A DNA stretch of 64,000 nt, from contig NC_042998.1 of assembly GCF_006345805.1 (NCBI RefSeq), positions 28,768,001 through 28,832,000 of the forward strand, in the 5' to 3' direction. The DNA comes from Octopus sinensis (taxonomy: Eukaryota). A program made the translations under genes and the position numbers. Shown here one piece after another: positions 50,416 through 63,676 of the stretch (position 1 is the stretch's first letter; every line of letters starts with the position of its first letter). The notes beneath the pieces were generated by a model. The model ran no database searches and had not been told where the DNA came from. It saw only the letters and a program-made list of their open reading frames with translations.

Positions 50416-50898
50416 TGTATCTAGAAGTGACTGGAGACCAGTGGTACACACAGTGTTATACCTCATTACTTTATCTAACAGCACGACCTTTATATAGGGT
50501 AAATTCACTAGGGTCCTCCTTGTTGTGAATATTCAAACTTGAGATCAGTGTTGGCAATAACTCATTTATTTCTTAAAGGAGTTCTTCCTATCAGTCTTTG
50601 ATGCCTTAGAAATAATAAAACTCTTGATGTGTGTTGAATTTTTACTAAATGATGTAAAAAAAAATAAAGAGAAAAGAGAAAAAAATCATAATAAAATGCA
50701 ATCCAGCTATGACCATCCATTTTTTATTTTCGAAAGGACTATAAAATTCAACATTTTTTTCCATTTTAAAACAATAGGTTGTGATTTGAAAGAGTTTCGG
50801 CTGCTATTTCTAGCAGGTCAGTCAGTGGCATACAGGCTCCCTTTTGTAACTTTGTCAGCCATGCAACTGGCTGTAGCTTATGATACTAGTCTGTTATT

Positions 50899-50929
<31 letters not shown>

Positions 50930-50942
<13 letters not shown>

Positions 50943-51145
50943 CCTGCCTCTCGCTATCCCTAGGCAACTGGTGATAGTGTTTTTATGTCCCTGTAACTTA
51001 GCTGTTCATCAAAAAGATTGATAGAATGAATACCAGGCTTGAAAAATAAATCAAGTGCTGGGGTTGATTCGTTCAGCCAAAATTCTTCAAGGCGATGCCC
51101 CAGCATGGCCACAAACCGATGACTGAAGCAAGTAAAAGATATAAA
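50930..51145 (+). mobile_element. Family B SINE 3' half
   Basis: GTAACTTAGC..GATAGAAT..GCATGGCCAC. Confidence 0.7.
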
Positions 51146-51317
51146 AATATATCAAGATTGCCATCACGATGATTCTACCAATTGCTTTTCCCTGTTACTG
51201 TGCCTTGGATGGGATTACGACAGGAGACCCTCTGAGACACCATTGCATCACCTCATACAAATATGTAGGAATACAAAGTAACTTTTCAAAAAACCAGGAT
51301 GCATACAGAGCATTACC

Positions 51318-52190
<873 letters not shown>

Positions 52191-52789
52191 AATGGTAGGC
52201 AATGCACTTTTATGTCTAGCTGAATTAAAGTTATTCATGTCTATATACGTAAAAATTTAGATGCAAAAAAAAAATAATAATAATAATAAAGACATTCACA
52301 GAAATGCAAGCTCATACAAATATATGCACAATCAAATATCTGAAAATGAGTGCACACATACATGCAAACACATAGAGATCATTGTATGCACATCCATATA
52401 CGCAGCTGCATGTTTACAAAGACACACATACATAATCTATTACAACACACACACACACACATTATATATTTCACATATATATATTTCATATATATATATA
52501 TATATATATGAGAAACAGAGAGATAGATAGGCAGATGATTGGATTGTATAATTGTATGTACTGTACGTGTATATGAATATATCTAAGGAAGCAACAACTA
52601 TAGAGAGATACCATAAAAAAAAGTGGAAATGAACTCTTTGTTGAATAGATTTCCACTTGTCTGATAATTCATACTCTCCATATTGCCTACAGAAAGAGTA
52701 TCTTTTGATCTGCACATTTGATTACTGCTTTTTATGCTCCACATCTGTATAGCAATATGCCTATCTACCTCTGTCTCTGTCTATCTATA

Positions 52790-52875
<86 letters not shown>

Positions 52876-53049
52876 TATATCTATCTATGTCTAACTTCCA
52901 GTCTATATCTGTATGTGTACCTCTTTCTGTCTGTCTGTCTCTCTCTCTCCCGCTCTCTCTTTCTCCCTCTCTCTATATTTGTATAATTGCTGATATATAT
53001 ATATATATATATATAATATATATATATATAACAGCTTTATATATATATA

Positions 53050-53434
53050 TATATAAAGCTGAAGTTTTCTGTGTATGGCAGGTTTGGTAGCCTTCAACTA
53101 ACACTATCTCCTCCGAGACCCTGCGGCGCAAGTTGATTAAAATTAAGAGTATGCTAGAAAAAGGCTTGCTCTTCCTTCCGTAGAAGAATAAATTCAAATT
53201 TGGCCATGTTAACACCAAAAATTATTTACATCAAAAACGTGCTTTTTTTTCTATGAAAATCCCGATTTTTTACGATTTTTTTACTGCTGTGTCGTCATAT
53301 TTTGGTGTATTTCAACCAGAAACATGTTCACTTAAAGAGAATAACAAACTACATAATGCAAAATTTGTACTTTTTAAAAATTCCAATTCTAAAGGGTCAA
53401 AATAAACCCGAGCAATGCCAGGCAATACTGCTAG
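53050..53434 (+). mobile_element. Non-autonomous Helitron (second family)
   Basis: 3' hairpin CCCGAGCAATGCCAGG plus CTAG|T at 53407-53435, nearly identical to the 20378 terminus; 5' end merges into (TA)n. Confidence 0.7.
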
Positions 53435-53451
53435 TATATATATATATATAT

Positions 53452-53565
53452 GGCAGATAAGACCGGAGCCTGGTGCAGCCTTCTGGCTTCCCAGATCCCC
53501 GGTCGAACCGTCCAACCCATGCTAGCATGGAGAACGGACGTTAAACGATGATGATGATGATGATA
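53452..53565 (+). mobile_element. RTE LINE extreme 3' end
   Basis: GGAGCCTGGTGCAGCC..CCCATGCTAGCATGGAGAACGGACGTTAAACGATGATG. Confidence 0.85.
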
Positions 53566-53728
53566 TATATAGTCTTTGCTACATTTGCGGTACCTGCCAG
53601 AGGGAGTGTTTGTCCAGGATAGGACTACACAGCCACAGCAGCAGGAAATGTATCAGGACATGAAATGTAAAAGCCGAACTAGACTACTTTATGCTCAACT
53701 CCATTGTCTCCCGAGACAAAAAGGATGC

Positions 53729-53765
<37 letters not shown>

Positions 53766-53884
53766 GAGGGTTTTAGTTCATTTGTGATCTAAATGAACAG
53801 CTATGTTGAGTAAGTGCTACAGTTGGTCGACCATTAGATTTCAACATTCATACTTTGTCTCTGATGATGGAATACCCAGTGCTT

Positions 53885-54213
53885 CCCTTCATTGTGGAGA
53901 CCTTCTGATTGGCCTTTCCTAATCTCTTGGATCTTATTCAACAATTGCTTGGGTCCACCTGTTGTCTGTGAATCTTGTGACATTTCCAGCCCATCGGAAC
54001 TTGTACTTTCACTACACAGTGATTACATCATTCACTCTTCATTCTTGAATTATCTCATTTAGAGTGTGTTTCTTTAATGATATTCATTGGATGGATCTTC
54101 CCTTGGCTCTTTGCATCATAGCCAATTGATGTTCTATCCTCTTTGTAGTAGCCAACCCCCATCTCACCTGCATATAAAAGGGCAAGTAAGAAAATGCTAT
54201 TGAAGAGTCAGGC
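53885..54213 (-). pseudogene. Decayed RTE-1-like LINE ORF C-terminus (a different RTE family)
   Basis: LFNSIFLLALLYAGE..TKRIEHQLAMMQRA..NEII..VNDVI..KFRWAGNVTRFTDNRWTQAIVE*DPRD..RP matches the QRAMER..WAGHV.R..D.RWT..EW.PR pattern; several stops. Confidence 0.75.
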
Positions 54214-54255
54214 ATATACATACATAAATACATATATACATATTTATATACAAGG

Positions 54256-54690
54256 GGTGTATGAATACTCTTGAGCCTCAGAAAAACAAAACATGGTACA
54301 ACATTTCAAGGCTCAAAGGCCCTGAAGGCTCAAAGCTTTCCATACACCCCTTCACATATATATTCACAAGGAGGATATTCAAACCTCTTTTAGGGATATT
54401 TATCCAAGATACACTGGTTTAATATATTAAATTATGAAGAGAAAATCCTTCATTGAATATATTATATAGAATAGTGTGAGATATCAGACATTGTTATTGA
54501 GTTAGAAAAGAGTGAGATATAATGAATACAAATTAATTAATTAATTTATCAACATATTAACCAGCAATTGTTTCTTTTCTCAAATAATTTCCTGAAAATG
54601 CAAAAGTATATTTTTATAATTGTTTTGTAATTTTAATCTTATTTGAGAAAAGAAACAATTGTTGGTTATTATGTTCATTAATTAATAAAT
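54256..54690. mobile_element. Two small inverted-repeat (MITE-like) remnants
   Basis: AAGGGGTGTATG/CATACACCCCTT around 54255-54352; ~30-bp arms TAACCAGCAATTGTTTCTTTTCTCAAATAA / TTATTTGAGAAAAGAAACAATTGTTGGTTA around 54558-54668. Confidence 0.5.
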
Positions 54691-54751
54691 TAATTTGTAT
54701 CCATTAGATCTGTGTTTTCTAACTCAATATGTGTGCATACACACACACATC

Positions 54752-54978
54752 TTTCTATTTTTCTTTTATGTGTTTCAGTCATTTGACTGGGGCCATGCTG
54801 GAGCACCACCTTTAGTCGAGCAAATCGACCCCAGAACGTATTCTTTGTAAGCCTAGTACTTATTCTATTGGTCGCTTTTGCCAAACCACTAAGTTATGGG
54901 GATGTAAACACCCCAGCATTGGTTGCCAAGGGGTGTTGGGGGGGGGACAAACACAGTCACATAAACATATACACACAC

Positions 54979-55023
<45 letters not shown>

Positions 55024-55188
55024 TACGACAGGCTTCTTTCAGTTTCTGTCTACCAAATCCATTCACAAGGCTTTGGTCGACCCGAGGCTATAGTAGAAGA
55101 CACTTGCCCAAAGTGCCACGCAGTGGGACTGAACCTGGAACCGTGTAGTTGGTAAGCAAGCTACTTACCACACAGCCACTCCTACGCC
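54752..55188 (-). mobile_element. Family B SINE, full length
   Basis: Head ends CTCCTACGCC at 55188. Confidence 0.9.
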
Positions 55189-56173
55189 TGATTTTCTACA
55201 GAAATCATATCCAACACTGATTTTGTTGTGACTCTTCATACCCAAGACATCAAATCTGATGTCAAGTATATGAAACATCATAAGAAAATCGGTACAGGTT
55301 ATGATTTCTATGGAAAATCTGCAGGTTATGATTTCTATGGAAAATCTACACATGAGTAGAACTGGTAGACAAGAACTGACAGGGTACCATCATGTACATG
55401 TGTAGGTGTATTGGTTTACATTTGTGTGCCAGCTTGTATGGCATGCCAGGCAGTGTTTTTGAGGGTTTTTTTCTTGTTGATAAATTGTCTGGTCCCCTAA
55501 TTCTTTTGAAGCTGTGAGGAGTAAGAGTTCCCTTACGTGAAAAACAGCTAAGAAGGAACATTACTAGGGTCATTCAAGTGTAACATGAGGTCTCAATATA
55601 TTCAGCTGACCCATGCAAACATAGGAAAACAGACATAAAATGAATGAACAAATGGATCCCTAGCTCTTAAAATCAAGCATATTGAAACCCCCTTTGGTCA
55701 TGACTGACCTAGAAAGTTAACCTCCCAGCACAAGTTCGGACAAGGTTGTTTATGGAAGACCAGCAGTCACCCATGCATACAAGTCTCCTCTCTCCACACC
55801 ACCAGTGTTATCCAAGGGAAAGGCAAAGGCTGATACAGCTTGGTACCAATGTTGCCGCAACTCATTTCTACCGCTGTGTTAACTGGGGCAACGTGAAATA
55901 AAGTGCCTTGTTCAAGAACACAAAACGCAGCCCGGTCTGCGATTCGAACTCACAACCTCACGATCATAAGCTCAACGCTCTAACCACTGAGTCATATGCC
56001 TTCAATAATGAAGCATATTACCAGGGCAAATAAAAGGAACATTAATCTGAAGTCCAGGATGCAGAGAAGTGTGCTATGGCTATTTACGAGGCTCTCCACT
56101 TACTCTGACACCCCACCACCACAATAACTCTGTTTCTCTGGTTATATACTCTCTTCTTCCAACCTCATAACCC

Positions 56174-56270
56174 AGGAATGAGAAACCAGGTTCGAAATTT
56201 CCCCAAGACACCTGATGTTGTGTTAACAACAAATAAAATGAGGACAAATATCCGTCAAATGTAAATAATG
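56174..56270 (+). mobile_element. 5'-truncated copy of the hammerhead SINE with the ribozyme core deleted
   Basis: AGGAATGAGAA..CCCCAAGACACCTGATG|TTGTGTTAACAAC..GAGGACAAATATCCGTCAAATGTAAATAATG matches 9000-9125 reverse complement minus 28 nt. Confidence 0.85.
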
Positions 56271-57899
56271 TATTCACTCTTAGTTCTCATGTTATCTTGA
56301 ATGAATGATAACAACTGAGAGTGGTGAGATTTCTTTAGTTTTATGGAGCACAAAGTAACCTCAACAGATCTGATATCAAGATCAAATGCAGCTGTTTTAT
56401 TCTGTAAAGTGGTTTATGAATAAGTGAAGACAACACAAGGCTGAAAGACCGTTTAGAGTTTCACCACCACTTCAGTAATGTTGGGGCCATGAAAAAATTT
56501 ATTCAGTACATTAGGTAAAGAGGTTGCTATTAGAAATAACATCCGGCCATATGGAAATGGAATATTTGTGCAAGACCTGTTCCTCAAGCATATCGAGGAA
56601 GACAGTTGCTCCACATAAGAACTAACTATAAAGAATTCTTTCTTAGTTCGTCCAAACCATGCTAATATGGAAATTGAAACAATGAGTGTGTGTGTGTGCA
56701 CTCATGCATGCGTTTAAATGTGCAGGTATCTCCTCTACCATTCTTCACTCACCTGTTATCATTCTCAACACTCATATCCACCATTATGCCTACCCTTAAT
56801 AGATACTCTTATGCACCCCACATCTCAATCTTTCCAACACCTTTCACATCAACTTACCTCCTAAAAATATATATGTTCCTTCTCGAGCCATGCCAGGCTC
56901 ATAAGGGCCAGTTTCCCGGTTTCTGTGGTGTAGAAATTCCCCACCTGGACGGGTCGCCAGTCCGTTGCTGGATTACTCATTTTTGCCAGCTGAGTGGACT
57001 GGAGCAACCTGAAATGAAGTGTTTTGCTCAAGAACACAATGCATCGCCCAGTCCAGGAATCGAAACCACAACCTTACGATCATGAGTTCAACAACCTAAC
57101 CACTTAGCCATGCACCTCCACAACCTACCTCTTAACTTACACATATATTGACTGGCTTCTTTCAGATTCTCTCAACCAAATCCATCCAGGCTTTGCTCAA
57201 TCTGAAGCTGTAATGAAGACACTTGCCCAAGGTGACACAGAGCAGGACTGAACCTAAAACCATGTGGTTGGGAAGGAAACTTTTTACCACAATGATGATG
57301 ATGATGATATTTTTATTTATTTTTTTTTCATTTCATCTAGTTTCAGCTCATGAGCTGTGGCCATGCTGGGGCACCACCCATCATTATCATTTTACATCCA
57401 TTTTCCCATTCTTACATATTCCTGTCAGCCAGTTTTTCTATCTATATCAATCTGTCTGTCTGTCTGTCTGTCTGTCTATATGTCTGTCTGTGATTGGGTC
57501 TGCCTGTCTGCCTGCTTGTCAGTCTGTCTGTCTGTCTGTCCTTCTGTCTACCCTTAGCTCTCTCTCTCTCTCCCTTTCAATCTATCATTTTCTATTTATG
57601 AATCTGTCCATTTGAGTATATGTTTTTTTATTACCTAACACACTATTTATTGATCTGATTATGACAATTTCTTCTTTTATAGATGTGTGTTCATCTTTGA
57701 GTGTAAATATATGTTTGTACAGGTATGTGTGTGTTTCTGTGTGTATGTGTTTGAATGTACGGATGTGGATGCATAACAATTTCTTTGTTCAAAACCAAAT
57801 CAATAGTCTTAAGAATATTACTCTTCCCTTCTTATTCATTTTTTCTTTTTTCCCCCACTCAATTCATAGTCTCTAAGCACTTTCTTTGAAATTATATAA

Positions 57900-58175
57900 A
57901 CTCGCTTCCTGGCCACATGGTTGCAGGTTCAGTCCCAGTGTGTGGCACCTTGGGCAAGTGTCTTCTACTATAGCCTTGGGCTGACCAAAGCCTTGTGAGT
58001 GGATTTTGTAGACAGAAACCGAAAGAAGCATATCATATATATGTGTGTGTGTTTCTGCTTGACCACTGGTATTGGTGTCTTTATATGCCAATGATTTAGC
58101 AGTTCATCAAAAGAGATTGATAGAAGTACCAGTCTTAACAAAAATAAGTGGGGGGGTGCGTTTCAAATACTGGTG
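57900..58175 (+). mobile_element. Family B SINE
   Basis: GGTTCAGTCCC..GGCACCTTGGGCAAGTG core. Confidence 0.8.
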
Positions 58176-58179
58176 GGGT

Positions 58180-58695
58180 ATACATATACATACATACATA
58201 TATACATGTCTATGTATATATATATATACATATATAAACACATATATCTATATATATATACGTATATACATATGTGTATATATATATATATGTATATACA
58301 TATATATATGTATATGTATATACATATGTATATATATGTATATACATATCTATGTATATACATATGTATATATATGTATATACATATGTATATATATGTA
58401 TATATATATATACATGTATATATATGTATATATATATACATATGTATATATATGTATATACATATATATATGTATATATATGTATATACATATATATATG
58501 TATATATATGTATATACATATATATACATATGTATATATATGTATATACATATATATACATATGTATATATGTATGTATATATATATACATACATATATG
58601 TGTTTATATATGTATATATATACACATACATGTATGTATGTATGTGTATGTATGTATGTGTATATATATGTACGTATATCTATATGTGTGTATAA
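58180..58695. repeat. TATATACATATG minisatellite
   Basis: Visible periodic AT-rich run. Confidence 0.95.
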
Positions 58696-59019
58696 ATGGG
58701 TTGTCCAAACTTTTTAAGAGTCATAAAGAAACGGGCACTAATATATTAGGTGACAGGATTGATATTTTATAATTAGTTTATAAATCTCATGGCATCCAAT
58801 TAATGGTACTGAAGCTATGTCCAATAACTGCTAATTTCACTTTCCGTTTCTGGAAGGGTTTTGACATGGAACTGTTTTGTAACATGGCTGTTGCGAGGCT
58901 ATATCATATAAATAATGATGTGTTTTAATAACAATTTGCATAAGGAATAATGTATAAACAATAATAATGATGTATATATATATATATATACACACACATC
59001 TAAGTAAAGATCACTGTCA

Positions 59020-59298
59020 TCCATACATACAAGCTTGTCCTTTACATGTGCTGGTGCCACATGAATTAGACTCATGTCGGTGCTATGTAAATGTATTGGT
59101 GCTGTATAAAAAGCAGCCTGCATACTCTGTAGAGTGGTTGACATTAGGAAGAGCATCAAATTGTAGAAATCATGGCACAACAGACAACTGGAGTCTGGAC
59201 AGCCCCCTGGGTCCCTAGCTGGCTTGCTCTTGTCAAACCACCCAGCCCTTGTCAGCTCAGAAAACGAACATTAAACGATGATGATGATGTTGATGATA
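59020..59298 (+). mobile_element. RTE LINE 3'UTR copy (diverged)
   Basis: GTGCTGGTGCCAC..GGAAGAGCATC..CATTAAACGATGATGATG. Confidence 0.7.
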
Positions 59299-59470
59299 TA
59301 TATACACACATACACACACACACACTTAGAGACATATATGTATTCAATACAAGTATGTGTGTGTGTATGTATGTATGTGTGTGTGTATATATATATACAC
59401 ACACATATATATATACACATATATATATACTTAGAGACATATATGTACTCAATACAAGTATGTGTGTGTG

Positions 59471-59507
<37 letters not shown>

Positions 59508-60069
59508 CTGTAAAATTGTGAGTAAATAAGTCTATTAGTCAATCAAGTCAGATTTTCACATGGATCTTTGTATTTTTTACAATATTACATCTTACAATAA
59601 TACAATAATTTTCATATTTCATAACAATCTTCAGGAAAATGTTTATGTGGTAGCGTTAACAAGCATTTAAATGGTTTCACAATTGACAACTGTTGTGAAA
59701 TGACAGAATTTTGCCTTTAAATACCTTCTGATAGAAGCCAACAAGTTGAAGCTTGTGAACACAGTTTTTACTGGTCAGCCTCTGGCTTAGATTTCACAGT
59801 TTTCTGACCATGGTGACTCGGTTGGCATTGACAGTATTTATTTATAGAAGCATTTTAGCATCTAGAGTTACCAGTACAGGTTTTGGCTACTATCAGATAC
59901 TGAAAAACATCCGATATGACAAATGGTAGTTTTACTTTAAATAATTCTTAATGAAATTAAGTTCAAATTTAGGTTCATATTGCTGCCAGTTTTACTACAG
60001 TTTTTGAGTAAAATGAAATTCACATTTAAATCAATATTGATATTATTGTTATTATTCTTATTATTGTCC

Positions 60070-61295
60070 AAGGTGGCTAGTTGGCACAATTGTTAGCACG
60101 CCTGTTGAAATGCTTAGCAGTATTTCGTCAGCCTCTGCATTCTGAGTTCAAATTCTGCTGAGGTCGATTTTGCCTTTCATGCTTTAGGGTTTGATAAATT
60201 AAGTACCAGTAAAACACTAGGGTCTTGTACCTATAGTAGAAAGGATTATTATTATTAGTATTATGGTGGTGAGCTGACAGAATTGTTAGCATTCTGGGCA
60301 AAATGCTTTGTGATATTTCGTCTGTCTTTCATGTTTTAAGTTCAAATTCCGCTGAGGTTGACTTTGCCTTTCATCCTCAGGGTTGATAAATTAAGTACCA
60401 GTTGAACACTGGGGTTGATGTAATCAACTCGTCCCCCTCCCCTAAATTTCATGTCTTTTGCCTTTAGTAGAAAGGATTATTGTTATTATTATCATAATTG
60501 TCCATTCAGAATGTGTTTAAACTTTTCAACAAAATTCTTTTCTCATATTCTCTTCTTCAAACTTCACCTGAGTTGTAAAGTATGTAAAGTAGAAATATTG
60601 GCTTCAAGTTTTTGGCACAAAGCCAGCAATTTTGGTGGAGGGGTTCAAGTCAATAACATCAACCCCAGCATGCTACTGGTACTTATTTTATCGATTCTGA
60701 ATGGATAAAAGATATAGTCAACCTTAGGGAAATTTGAACTCCAGACATAAAGATGAATGAAAGGTCACTCAGCATTTTGCTGTGCATGCTAATGATTCTG
60801 TAAGCTTGCCATCTTCATCATATCATCATTGTTTGATGTGCACTTCCCATGCTGGCATAGGTTGGACGGTTTGACTGAGGACTGGCAAGCTAGGAGGCTG
60901 CACCAGGCTCCCATCTGATCTGGCAAATTTTCTACAGCTGGATGCCCTTCCTAATGCCAACAACTTCGAGAATGTAATGGGTGCTTTCTATGTGCCACCA
61001 GCACAGGGGCTAGTCAGGGTGCACTGGCATTGACCACACTCAAATGGAGCCTTTTACCTTCCACTGGCATTAAGATATTAGTTTTGAATTTTGGCACAAG
61101 GCCTGCAATTTCGGTGGAGATGGGTAGCATAAGCCATTTATATCGGCCTCAATGCTTAACTTTTTCTTATTCCATCGAACCCTGAAAGAATGAAAAGCAA
61201 AGTTGATCTCCGCAGAATTTGAGACTCCGAACATGAGGACAGACGGAATGTTGCTAAGCATTTTGTCTGGTATACTAATGACTCAGTCACCTCAC
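60070..61295. mobile_element. Cluster: family A SINEs (+60070-60480, -60600-60800, -61075-61295) and an RTE 3'UTR copy (-60815-61070)
   Basis: Family motifs as described for other copies. Confidence 0.75.
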
Positions 61296-61399
61296 CGTCT
61301 TTATTAAAAATATTGCCCTACTGCATATTTCTAAATATTTCTTAAATGGGATCTGACAGGCTGTGGGGTCCCTAATTTATTGCCAGTGTACTCGCAGGC

Positions 61400-61760
61400 A
61401 AAGCGTGGTATTATTACGATAGCTAATCTGCTTCGCATACTTCCCATCTACTGTTAATAGATGGATTCAATAAAACAAATGAGATAGCCTCGTTAACATC
61501 CAAATTATTAATGCACCTTTATATTGCCTTAACAATAACTGTAACTGATGTCTTGGATATGCTATTCCTTCAGGTGTTTCATAACTGATTGATTTACGTG
61601 GAAGTTTTCCCTTCCACAGATATATGTCTGTGTACGCTTATATGAGCATGTAGATTCGTAATAGATAGTGACTTAGACAGGTAGGCATAGAGGTAGAGTA
61701 AAAACATTGATAGGAAGGCTGATTGACTGATCAATACACACATAAAATGGTATTCACAGA
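61400..61760 (-). pseudogene. Possible highly decayed Penelope-like GIY-YIG endonuclease remnant
   Basis: Minus-frame segments IPF..VFT; VTIYYESTCSY..YICG; SVMKHLKE*H; NEAISFVLLNPSIN occur in the order of PLE motifs (LPY, VIY..C..YIG, S....H, EA..I...P.IN); by-eye match only. Confidence 0.3.
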
Positions 61761-62153
61761 TATTGATTTATTTTGTCTAGGCAAAAGGAAAGCCTATGTT
61801 TTAGAGAAGGTGTATGCCGCAGTAGACTGGCCATTAGTATTATTAGTATGTTTGATAAATGACTCCAGAGCAATAAAGGTCAAATACACACTTGTGAAGA
61901 TAAGAATGCAGAAATGTGAGGCTTAAACTCGGTTAGAAGAAATAGCTAATGTTGGATGCAGCTCTGGACAATATACAATGCCTTCTAATGAAGGATACAC
62001 ACACCACCACACATAGATACATACATACGTATGTATGTGTATATATATATATATATATAATATATATATATATGTGTGTGTGTGTGTGTATGTATGAGGG
62101 AGTGGACAAAGAAAGAAAGGGCAGGCAAACACGTTTGGAGTTACATGTAGAAA

Positions 62154-62257
62154 TCAAAGCTGTTTGATTCAGATTCCATGCTACTTCAAGATCTGCTGGG
62201 CCCTAATGATGCCTGCGAAACTGGAAGTAGCACAGAATACAAATCAAACAGCTTTGA
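62154..62257. other. Imperfect long hairpin (~37-nt arms, 30-nt loop)
   Basis: 16-bp perfect outer stem TCAAAGCTGTTTGATT/AATCAAACAGCTTTGA plus inner 4-bp and 9-bp stems. Confidence 0.7.
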
Positions 62258-62280
62258 ATAATATATATATATGTCTGTGC

Positions 62281-62311
<31 letters not shown>

Positions 62312-62526
62312 ATATAATGTGAAATAGAAAGATGAATAATCTTGTAGTAGATTAATCAAAAGTTTAACCGATACCTTAGTAGCAAAAATCACAGCAGTGA
62401 ACAGCACGGTTGGAGGTACAACCATCTGGCGTTGCAACCGTGCGTTGGTGCGGATAATTGAAATTAAAACATTATTGGTGAATTGAAGAAATGGAGCTGA
62501 ACGCAGATTGAACAGAAATCGTTTTA

Positions 62527-62615
62527 TTTCATTCTACACGTGTTTCGAAAGGCACAAATTACCAAAATCCGATTGAATATGGGACCATATTGTGTCTTTC
62601 TCATCAGGAAGAAAA
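62527..62615 (-). ncRNA. Mirror hammerhead ribozyme (left arm, minus strand)
   Basis: Reverse complement of 62773-62862; TCATCAG at 62601-62607; keeps the intact ATATGG-TC-CCATAT sub-hairpin in the stem II loop. Confidence 0.8.
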
Positions 62616-62772
62616 AAGGAAATCCGTTGGAAAAACAAAAACAGAACAGAGGCAGAGTAAAAAACAAATCGAACTGTGCTCCTAAGAGCCCGCCATGGGC
62701 TCTTAGGAGCACAGTTCGATTTGTTTTTTACTCTGCCTCTGTTCTGTTTTTGTTTTTCCAACGGATTTCCTT

Positions 62773-62862
62773 TTTTCTTCCTGATGAGAAAGACACAATA
62801 TGGTCCCATTATTCAATCGGATTTTGGTAATTTGTGCCTTTCGAAACACGTGTAGAATGAAA
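62773..62862 (+). ncRNA. Canonical type I hammerhead ribozyme (right arm)
   Basis: CTGATGA 62781-62787; stem II GAAAG-A-CACAA/TTGTG-C-CTTTC; GAAA 62843-62846; palindromic stem III ACACGTGT; GUA site with cleavage predicted after 62854; stem I TTTTCTTC/GAATGAAA. Confidence 0.8.
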
Positions 62863-62915
62863 TAAAACGATTTCTGTTCAATCTGCGTTCAGCTCCATTT
62901 CTTCAATTCACCAAT

Positions 62916-62953
<38 letters not shown>

Positions 62954-63283
62954 GCACATGTGTAGATGTGTATATATACACATACATTTATATACACGCA
63001 CATATATAAATGTATAATATATGTATGTATCTATACTTACATATATGTATATAATATGTGTGTATACATATGTATGTATATATACATAATATATATGTAT
63101 ACGTATATATACACATATTGCATATAATATATATATACACACACAGTTTAAAAATAGGATAAAATCTTTATAAGAATTCAGCAAGTAGTTAGCGTGAAAA
63201 ACCTCATAAGGGACAAAATTATTAATATATATATCCCAATATATATATATATGTATGTGTGTAGTTATATATTCATACATGCA

Positions 63284-63321
<38 letters not shown>

Positions 63322-63324
63322 CAC

Positions 63325-63490
63325 ATATACAACAGGTTTCTTTCTGTTCCCGTGTGCCAAATCCACTCACAAGGCTTTTGTCTGCCTGAGGCTATAGTAC
63401 AAGACACTTGCTCAAGGTGCCCCACAGTGGGGCTGAAATCAGAACCATGTGGTTGGGATGCAAGATACTTACCACACAGTCACTCCTGCA
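63325..63490 (-). mobile_element. Family B SINE 5' fragment
   Basis: CAAATCCACTCACAAGGC..GACACTTGCTCAAGGTGCC..ACCACACAGTCACTCCTGC. Confidence 0.75.
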
Positions 63491-63626
63491 CTTATATGAA
63501 TATATATATAATGTGTGTATATATACATATATATGTGTGTGTGTATATATATAATAACATTTTGACAAATAAAACATATGCATACATACATATATGTACA
63601 TACCTACATCTACATGTATATATACA

Positions 63627-63676
<50 letters not shown>

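Larger units (their letters stand above)
62465..62924. mobile_element. Near-perfect fold-back palindrome of a Penelope-type pLTR
   Basis: Arms 62465-62691 (227 bp) and 62697-62924 (228 bp) differ by one inserted T; 5-nt loop GCCAT. Confidence 0.92.

Noticed and set aside
56510-56620. Possible exon GKEVAIRNNIRPYGNGIFVQDLFLKHIEEDSCST*
   Set aside because: Weak acceptor, unrecognised peptide, no supporting neighbours.
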